From Clostridia bacterium (GTDB taxonomy: Bacteria > Bacillota > Clostridia > CAKSNL01 > HGM11501): a DNA stretch of 64,000 nt. The position numbers were made by a program, and so were the translations under genes. This document shows positions 58,053 through 64,000 of the stretch, in pieces. Under the pieces are notes generated by a model that was not told the origin of the DNA, did not search any database, and was given only the letters and a program-made list of their open reading frames with translations. Numbering within the stretch: the stretch's first letter is position 1; every line of letters starts with the position of its first letter. The stretch is taken from the NCBI GenBank assembly GCA_045545475.1, contig JAZQAZ010000020.1, positions 64,001 to 128,000 on the forward strand, in the 5' to 3' direction.

Positions 58053-59218
58053 AAAGAAAAGTTTTATTTAGTGTGATTATAATGATTCTGGTAACAGCGA
58101 TTTTCGCAGGTACCTATCTTTATATCAATCTCGGCTCGGATAAATATGTAACTGTGACTGTGCATACACTCACCGATTCTGAAACAGTTACGGGATATAT
58201 CGTAAAAAATGAATCGGTAATCAATTTGTCCGGCGGAAACTTCGTACGCTTTTATTGCGAAGACGGAGAAAAGGTTTCGGCTAAAAGTTATGTGGCATCT
58301 GTATATGATAAAGAGTCTGACGGAAACATTTTATCAGAGATTGATGCGATTGATGAAAAGCTGAAAAATCTGAGCGACGAATATGTGAGCCTTACAATTA
58401 ACGACATCCTGAAAATTGAATCGTTAATTGATACGGATATAGATAAATACTTCGATTCAGTGTACAGCGGAAATGCTGCAGATGCGGCACTTGCCACGGG
58501 AAGGCTTACCGGACTTTTCAATATAAAACATTCGGGAAAAAGCAGCAGCGAAAACGAGGAAAAGGAATTGCTTAAGGAGCGAACTGCACTTGAGGCCAGA
58601 CTTTCTTCTGCGAAATATGATATAAAAACTCCCATGGGAGGTATATTTACAAGTCAGACCGACGGATTTGAAGGCGTAACCGATTTTGAAAAGGCTACAC
58701 GAATTACAGTGGGAGAGTTTGACGAGCTTATGGAACTTAAGCCTGAAAAGAAAGACAACGAATGTAAGGTTGTTGACAATTATAAATGGCTTTTTATGTG
58801 TAAGGTTCCTTCCGACTATGCTGCAGTATCTGCTGTTTCTAAAAAGGTTGAGATAATAACTGATAAAGGTGAAAATATATCGGGGACCATAGAATACATT
58901 TCCCAGCCTGAAGAGGGAGAATGCGTCATGACAATTTCCTCTGACAGGGATTTTTCGGGAATAGGCAAAAGCAGAAAGATAGAAGCAACGGTTACGTTTA
59001 ATAAGTATACAGGTTATGTGATTCCTACAGAAGCATTTCATATGTATGAAAATAAATACGGAGTATTCGTAGAGTCGGGAAACAAACTTAACTTCAAGGA
59101 AACAGAAGTAATTTACTCCGATGATGAATTCACCGTTGTTGCAACATCCGGAAGAACAGAACTTAAGCTTTACGACAACGTTTTGGTGGAGGGTGATTTA
59201 AGTGAACTCTATGATTGA
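58049..59218 (+). CDS. Membrane-anchored HlyD/membrane-fusion-like protein
   Basis: N-terminal TM, coiled coil flanked by lipoyl-like half motifs (EDGEKV, KTPMGGIF..DGFE), KVVDNYKW; position upstream of yggS typical of Clostridia. Confidence 0.65.
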   Translation: MKRKVLFSVIIMILVTAIFAGTYLYINLGSDKYVTVTVHTLTDSETVTGYIVKNESVINLSGGNFVRFYCEDGEKVSAKSYVASVYDKESDGNILSEIDAIDEKLKNLSDEYVSLTINDILKIESLIDTDIDKYFDSVYSGNAADAALATGRLTGLFNIKHSGKSSSENEEKELLKERTALEARLSSAKYDIKTPMGGIFTSQTDGFEGVTDFEKATRITVGEFDELMELKPEKKDNECKVVDNYKWLFMCKVPSDYAAVSAVSKKVEIITDKGENISGTIEYISQPEEGECVMTISSDRDFSGIGKSRKIEATVTFNKYTGYVIPTEAFHMYENKYGVFVESGNKLNFKETEVIYSDDEFTVVATSGRTELKLYDNVLVEGDLSELYD

Positions 59219-59897
59219 GGAAAACATTAAAACGATAAAAGAAAAAATAGCAGAAGCGGCACTGCGTGCAGGAAGAAATCCTCTTGACGTTAATCTTATG
59301 GCGGTATCGAAGACTAAACCTTTGGAGGAAGCTGTTCTTGCGGCTTCCTGCGGAGTTTTACTTGGTGAAAACTATGTGCAGGAGTTTAAGGATAAGTTTG
59401 ACATAAGACCTGATTTGCCCTGGCATTTCATAGGCCATCTGCAAAAAAACAAGGTAAAATATGTGGTACCGAGAGCATTGATGATCCATTCTGTGGACAG
59501 CTTTGAACTGGCAGAAAAAATAAGTATCGAAGCAGTAAAGAAAGAAAAAGAGGTATCTTGTCTTTTGGAAATTAATTCCGGGGATGAGGAGAACAAATTT
59601 GGTTTGACAATTGGAGATTCAGCATATATAATAGAAATGATAAAGAAAATCATGGAACTTCCGAATATTAAAGTGCGTGGACTTATGACGGTTGCTCCTT
59701 TCGTTGAAAACGGAGAGGAAAACAGGGAAATATTCAAAAGAATGAAGAACTGTTTTGACGAGGTAAGGTCTGTTTGCAAAACGGCTGACACGTTATCTAT
59801 GGGAATGAGCGGAGATTTTGAAGTGGCGGCTGAAGAAGGGGCCACAATCGTAAGGGTAGGCACCAAGATATTCGGAGAAAGAAATTATAATAAATAG
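59202..59897 (+). CDS. yggS: PLP homeostasis protein (YggS/YlmE)
   Basis: AVSKTKP, GENYVQE, WHFIGHLQKNK, GLMT, LSMGMSGDF, VRVGTKIFG. Confidence 0.95.
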   Translation: MNSMIEENIKTIKEKIAEAALRAGRNPLDVNLMAVSKTKPLEEAVLAASCGVLLGENYVQEFKDKFDIRPDLPWHFIGHLQKNKVKYVVPRALMIHSVDSFELAEKISIEAVKKEKEVSCLLEINSGDEENKFGLTIGDSAYIIEMIKKIMELPNIKVRGLMTVAPFVENGEENREIFKRMKNCFDEVRSVCKTADTLSMGMSGDFEVAAEEGATIVRVGTKIFGERNYNK

Positions 59898-59911
59898 AAG
59901 GGAAGATTGTT

Positions 59912-60391
59912 ATGGGAATACTTAATAAAATAGGAGATATGATATTCGGGCCTGAAGAATATGATACTGAGTCTGAAGTTGAAGAGGTTGCCGAAATAAA
60001 AGAGGAGAGAAGAGAAAGCTCATCACGCCGTGAAGATACAAAACGTGATGAAGACAGAGATGTTTTCAGAAGCAGAAAGAGCAAGGTTGTAAATATTACA
60101 TCCACAACACAGTTTAAGGTTGTGGTAGTACAGCCTGAAACCTTTGAAGAAGCAAGAGAAATTGCTGAAAATTTAAAGTCTAATAAACCTGTAATCGTAA
60201 ATCTTGAAAAGCTTGAAAAAGAACAGGCAAGACGCATGGTGGACTTTGTGTCCGGTGCATCATATGCTTTGGGCGGCGATATTCAGAAAATATCAAATAT
60301 GATTTTTCTTGTGACACCCTATAACGTTGGAATCTTGGGAGACTTTAAGGACGAGCTTAAGAATAAGGGAATCTTTCCCTGGAGTTATTGA
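59912..60391 (+). CDS. sepF: Cell division protein SepF
   Basis: VIVNLE..ARRMVDFVSGASYALGG..IFLVTP; ylm cluster position. Confidence 0.95.
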   Translation: MGILNKIGDMIFGPEEYDTESEVEEVAEIKEERRESSSRREDTKRDEDRDVFRSRKSKVVNITSTTQFKVVVVQPETFEEAREIAENLKSNKPVIVNLEKLEKEQARRMVDFVSGASYALGGDIQKISNMIFLVTPYNVGILGDFKDELKNKGIFPWSY

Positions 60392-60657
60392 TAATGGATT
60401 TATTGATATATTTGCTTTACCGACTTCTTGAAATATACGAATACGTATTACTTGCAAGATGCATTATGTCATTTTTCGGCTATAATAAGGTATATGAAGT
60501 TCTTTGTATGTTGACAGAACCTGTGCTAAGGCCTATAAGAGAACTTTTGAGAAAAACACCTCTTGGCAATATGCCCTTTGATTTTTCGGTGGTATTTGCC
60601 ATGATTTTGATAGGAGTTGCTGAAAATTGCCTTGCATACTTAAGCAGGATATTATAA
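60388..60657 (+). CDS. YggT/YlmG family membrane protein
   Basis: LTEPVLRPIR..DFS motif; follows sepF. Confidence 0.88.
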   Translation: MIMDLLIYLLYRLLEIYEYVLLARCIMSFFGYNKVYEVLCMLTEPVLRPIRELLRKTPLGNMPFDFSVVFAMILIGVAENCLAYLSRIL

Positions 60658-61391
60658 TCCACGGAAAAAGCGAAGAAGAAAAGCTTATGCTGGCAAAGGC
60701 TTATGATACATATACTTTTGCCGAAAAAAGAAACATTCCTTGCTTTACAGGCTTTTTATCTCCGGCAGATAAAGCTTTAGCGGAAATTGCCTTCAAGGGA
60801 GCAAATATGACCTTTTACGGAGGTTTTTTGGAAGCTGAAAGAAGCGTGTTGGGTTTCGGAGTAGAGGATACGAGTGATTTTCCTGTATGTGTAATAAAGT
60901 CAGAGGGGGATTTTTCTTCTCTTTCCCACAGGGATTTTCTTGGTAGCCTGATGGGACTTGGGATAACCCGTGAAAATGTGGGAGATATAGTTAAAAAGGA
61001 TGATTGCTGTTATATATTTGTGCTACGGAAGATGGCAGGGTATATCAGCGAAAATTTACTGCAGGTTAAAAAAAGTAATGTCAAAAACCAGATATGCGAA
61101 TGCGACTGCGTGGTAGTGGAAAAGGAATTCGAAATTGTTAAAAAGAGTGTGGCATCTTTAAGAGCGGATGCGTATATAGCTGCGGCATTCAATCTTTCCA
61201 GGGCAGACGCAGCAGAAGCTATTAAAAGAGGACTCGTGACCGTCAACTATCGTATTTTGGAATCAGCTGATAAAAAACTTTCAGAAGGAGATACAGTTTC
61301 TTTAAGGGGAAAGGGAAAGACGGTCATTGAACGGCTCGGAGACTTAAGCAAAAAAGGCAGACTGTTTATAGAAATAAAGAAATATAAGTAG
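60627..61391 (+). CDS. YlmH-like S4-domain RNA-binding protein
   Basis: FLSP, LSHRDFLGSLMGLGITRENVGDI, SLRAD, GDTVSLRGKG; start codon uncertain. Confidence 0.88.
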   Translation: MPCILKQDIIIHGKSEEEKLMLAKAYDTYTFAEKRNIPCFTGFLSPADKALAEIAFKGANMTFYGGFLEAERSVLGFGVEDTSDFPVCVIKSEGDFSSLSHRDFLGSLMGLGITRENVGDIVKKDDCCYIFVLRKMAGYISENLLQVKKSNVKNQICECDCVVVEKEFEIVKKSVASLRADAYIAAAFNLSRADAAEAIKRGLVTVNYRILESADKKLSEGDTVSLRGKGKTVIERLGDLSKKGRLFIEIKKYK

Positions 61392-61404
61392 GAGGGATAG
61401 TTTT

Positions 61405-61848
61405 ATGTATTCACCTTTGGAACTTGAACAGATAGAATTCGAGAAAAAGACTTTCGGAGGATACAATGTTGAGGAAGTAGATGCTGTTTTTGAAGATCTT
61501 AAAAAGGATTACGGAACGCTTTACATAGAAAATGCGGATATGAAAAAGAGAATAAGAGAACTGGAAGCGAAATTGTCCGAAAGTGATGAAATGACAGAAA
61601 CATTAAAGACAGTTTTGGTATCGGCTCAGAAAACCGGAGAAGAAATCCGTGAGAATGCACAGGTTGAAGCTGACCTTATAAAGAAGAGTGCTGAGGCAGA
61701 GGCGAAAGAAATACTTCGCAAAGCTGAATTTGAACTTGAAGCTATCAATCGTAAAAAAGAAGAAATCAAAAGTGAAGTTGATGTATTTATCACAAAAATG
61801 AGTGCACTTTTTGAAGCACAGATAAAATACCTTAATAAGACAGAATAA
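61405..61848 (+). CDS. divIVA: DivIVA domain protein
   Basis: F.K.FGGYNVEEVD N-terminal motif plus coiled coil; ylm cluster position. Confidence 0.85.
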   Translation: MYSPLELEQIEFEKKTFGGYNVEEVDAVFEDLKKDYGTLYIENADMKKRIRELEAKLSESDEMTETLKTVLVSAQKTGEEIRENAQVEADLIKKSAEAEAKEILRKAEFELEAINRKKEEIKSEVDVFITKMSALFEAQIKYLNKTE

Positions 61849-61900
61849 AAGAGCGGCAGAATCCGGAAAACGGATTCTGTTATCATTTTCGGAAAGGACG

Positions 61901-62401
61901 ATGAAAATGTATTTATTGCCATGGGGAATTTTAAGCTTGCTGATTATTGCAATAGATGCCTTGAGCAAATATATAGTTTCTTCTAATATGAACCTTTATC
62001 AGTCCATCCCGCTGATAAAAGGTGTATTTTCCATAACATTCGTTAAAAATACGGGGGCCTCTTTCGGTGTATTTCAAGGAGGCAGATGGTTTTTTATAGC
62101 AATTACATTGCTTATGATGGGATTTATCGTGGGCTATACTATAAAGAAGAAAGAAAAAAATAAGCTTTACCTTCTGTCGGCATCCTTTATTGTGGGCGGA
62201 GGAATAGGAAATCTTATAGACAGAATTATCACAGGCGAAGTTGTGGACTTTTTTGATTTCTGCCTTATTAATTTTGCGATATTCAACGTGGCGGATTGTT
62301 TCATAGTGGTTGGTGTTATCTTAATGCTGATATATTGCATACTGGAAGAAATAAAAGAAAAAAAGGCAAAAAGAGACGGTGAGACCGATGGAGACATTTG
62401 A
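61901..62401 (+). CDS. lspA: Lipoprotein signal peptidase II
   Basis: NTGASFG, GGGIGNLIDR, VVDF, FNVAD. Confidence 0.96.
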   Translation: MKMYLLPWGILSLLIIAIDALSKYIVSSNMNLYQSIPLIKGVFSITFVKNTGASFGVFQGGRWFFIAITLLMMGFIVGYTIKKKEKNKLYLLSASFIVGGGIGNLIDRIITGEVVDFFDFCLINFAIFNVADCFIVVGVILMLIYCILEEIKEKKAKRDGETDGDI

Positions 62402-63305
62402 ATTTACAGCGGAGGAAAAAAAGAGAATAGATGTCCTGGTTTCAGAAAAATACACTTCAATATCACGTTCCTATGCAAAAAGACTTATTGAAGAAGGAAA
62501 TATTTTAGTTAACGGAAATGAAATAAAAAGTAACTATAAGACCAGAGAAGGTGACGTTATTTCTGTTACAGAGGAAGAACCTTCTCCGATTGAGGCGGAG
62601 CCTGAAGATATTCCGCTCGACATAGTTTATGAGGATAATTCCGTTTTGGTTGTAAATAAAAAGCGTGGAATGGTGGTTCATCCTGCAGTTGGAAATGAAA
62701 GAGGAACCCTTGTGAATGCGGCTCTTTTTCATTGTATGGGAACACTGTCCGGAATAAACGGAAAATTTCGTCCGGGTATTGTTCACAGAATAGATAAAGA
62801 CACAACGGGACTTTTGGTGATAGCTAAGAATGACGAGGCACATAAATGCCTTACAGAACAGCTTTCAGACCGTTCCTTATCAAGAATATACTATTGCCTT
62901 GTAAACGGTAATATTAAAGAGGATGAAGGAAAAATCGACGCTCCAATCGGGAGAAATCCTAAGGACAGAAAACAGATGGCTGTTGTTAAGGACGGAAGAT
63001 ATGCAGCCACTCACTTTTGGGTTGAAGAGCGTTTTTTTGGATATACACTTCTTAAATGCAAGCTTGAAACAGGAAGGACTCATCAGATAAGAGTTCATAT
63101 GAAACATATAGGGCACAGCATCGTTGGGGATAAAACTTACGGAATAAAAAATGAAAAATTCACCCTTGAAGGGCAACTTCTTCATGCAGGCGGAATAATG
63201 TTCCGCCATCCGGAAACAGGGGAGAACGCCTATTTTTCCTGTCCTATTCCCGAGGATTTTGCCCATGTGCTTGAGGTTTTGAGAAAGCAAAGCGGTGTAA
63301 TATGA
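62388..63305 (+). CDS. rluD: RluA/RluD family 23S rRNA pseudouridine synthase
   Basis: S4 domain, VNK..GMVVHP, GIVHRIDKDTTG, LETGRTHQIRVH; lspA-rluD synteny. Confidence 0.9.
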   Translation: METFEFTAEEKKRIDVLVSEKYTSISRSYAKRLIEEGNILVNGNEIKSNYKTREGDVISVTEEEPSPIEAEPEDIPLDIVYEDNSVLVVNKKRGMVVHPAVGNERGTLVNAALFHCMGTLSGINGKFRPGIVHRIDKDTTGLLVIAKNDEAHKCLTEQLSDRSLSRIYYCLVNGNIKEDEGKIDAPIGRNPKDRKQMAVVKDGRYAATHFWVEERFFGYTLLKCKLETGRTHQIRVHMKHIGHSIVGDKTYGIKNEKFTLEGQLLHAGGIMFRHPETGENAYFSCPIPEDFAHVLEVLRKQSGVI

Positions 63306-63547
63306 TTTATTTTGCAATATGGAATATTTTAGTATTTTTCTTATACGGATGGGATAAGCTGATGGCAAAAAGAAAGGGCTGGAGAATTCCGGAAAGCTGC
63401 CTTTTGGCTACTGCTTTTATTGCAGGCGGAATTGGTGCTGCCTGCGGCATGACGGTGTTTAACCATAAAACAAAAAAATGGCTTTTCCGTTTTATGATTC
63501 CGCTTTCTCTTTTATTAACTGTCTGTTTTATTAAATATGTAATATGA
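63302..63547 (+). CDS. DUF1294 family small membrane protein
   Basis: YGWDK..A..WRIPE..GG.GA..F.HKT.K motif. Confidence 0.88.
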   Translation: MIYFAIWNILVFFLYGWDKLMAKRKGWRIPESCLLATAFIAGGIGAACGMTVFNHKTKKWLFRFMIPLSLLLTVCFIKYVI

Positions 63548-63671
63548 AAACTTCGGGGAAAACTTCGCTCTGAAGTTTTTTCTTTAGTAGAAAAAGTCAA
63601 TTTTTCAGTAGTAAAAGCTATTTACAGAAATGATTGTTTAATGTAATATAAGATTAAAAGGAGGCGTTTTT

Positions 63672-64000
63672 ATGAATATACCAAGAAATGACTATCCAAG
63701 ACCGCAGATGGTGAGAGACAGCTTTATTTGCCTGAACGGAGAGTGGGATTTTGAAATTGATAACGCCAAGGTTGGCGAGGAAAAAGAGTTTTTTTTAAGA
63801 GAGTCACTGAATGAAAAGATAATTGTACCTTTCTGCCCCGAAAGCGAGCTTTCCGGAATTGGCAACAAAGACTTTATGAATGCCGTGTGGTACAGAAGAA
63901 ATTTTGATCTTCCGGAAAATCATAAGGAAAGAGTGCTTCTTCATTTCGGTGCGGTTGACTACCGTGCAATAGTTTATGTAAACGGAATCAAAGTGGGCGA
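63672..64000 (+). CDS. Glycoside hydrolase family 2, N-terminal part (runs off window)
   Basis: RBS GGAGG; MNIPRNDYPRPQMVR..LNGEWDF..VPFCPESELSG..WYRR..LHFGAVDY..VNG. Confidence 0.88.
   Translation, partial: MNIPRNDYPRPQMVRDSFICLNGEWDFEIDNAKVGEEKEFFLRESLNEKIIVPFCPESELSGIGNKDFMNAVWYRRNFDLPENHKERVLLHFGAVDYRAIVYVNGIKVG

Overview
64-kb chromosomal segment from a low-GC, spore-forming Firmicute (Clostridia-like, judged from spoIID, sepF/ylm/divIVA and sigmaA-type promoters). It is mostly housekeeping genes (tRNA-Leu, polA-coaE-slt, ilvE, rpmE, cinA-thiI-cysteine desulfurase, trpS, argCJBD, miaB-mutS-mutL-miaA-yggS-sepF-yggT-ylmH-divIVA-lspA-rluD) and carbohydrate-utilisation genes (a 4-permease ABC/NHL-Yip1/DUF5696-like cluster, GH32, GH2, Gfo/Idh/MocA oxidoreductases, AraC regulators, esterases). 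The standout is an apparently self-contained phase-variation cassette at ~45.1-50.3 kb. A tyrosine recombinase gene is followed by two 28-bp dif-like palindromic sites in inverted orientation (27/28 identical). They enclose a ~235-bp segment carrying a perfect TTGACA-17-TGnTATAAT promoter that points away from (OFF for) a 1277-aa beta-helical secreted protein gene, plus a terminator that blocks read-through in that state. A 70-aa YxxP-leader-like peptide gene follows. Other oddities: a sirtuin-aldose-1-epimerase(LacX)-like fusion, a zinc-ribbon insertion in a sugar-binding protein, and several families of non-coding palindromic repeats. All calls come from reading motifs by eye; no database searches were run.
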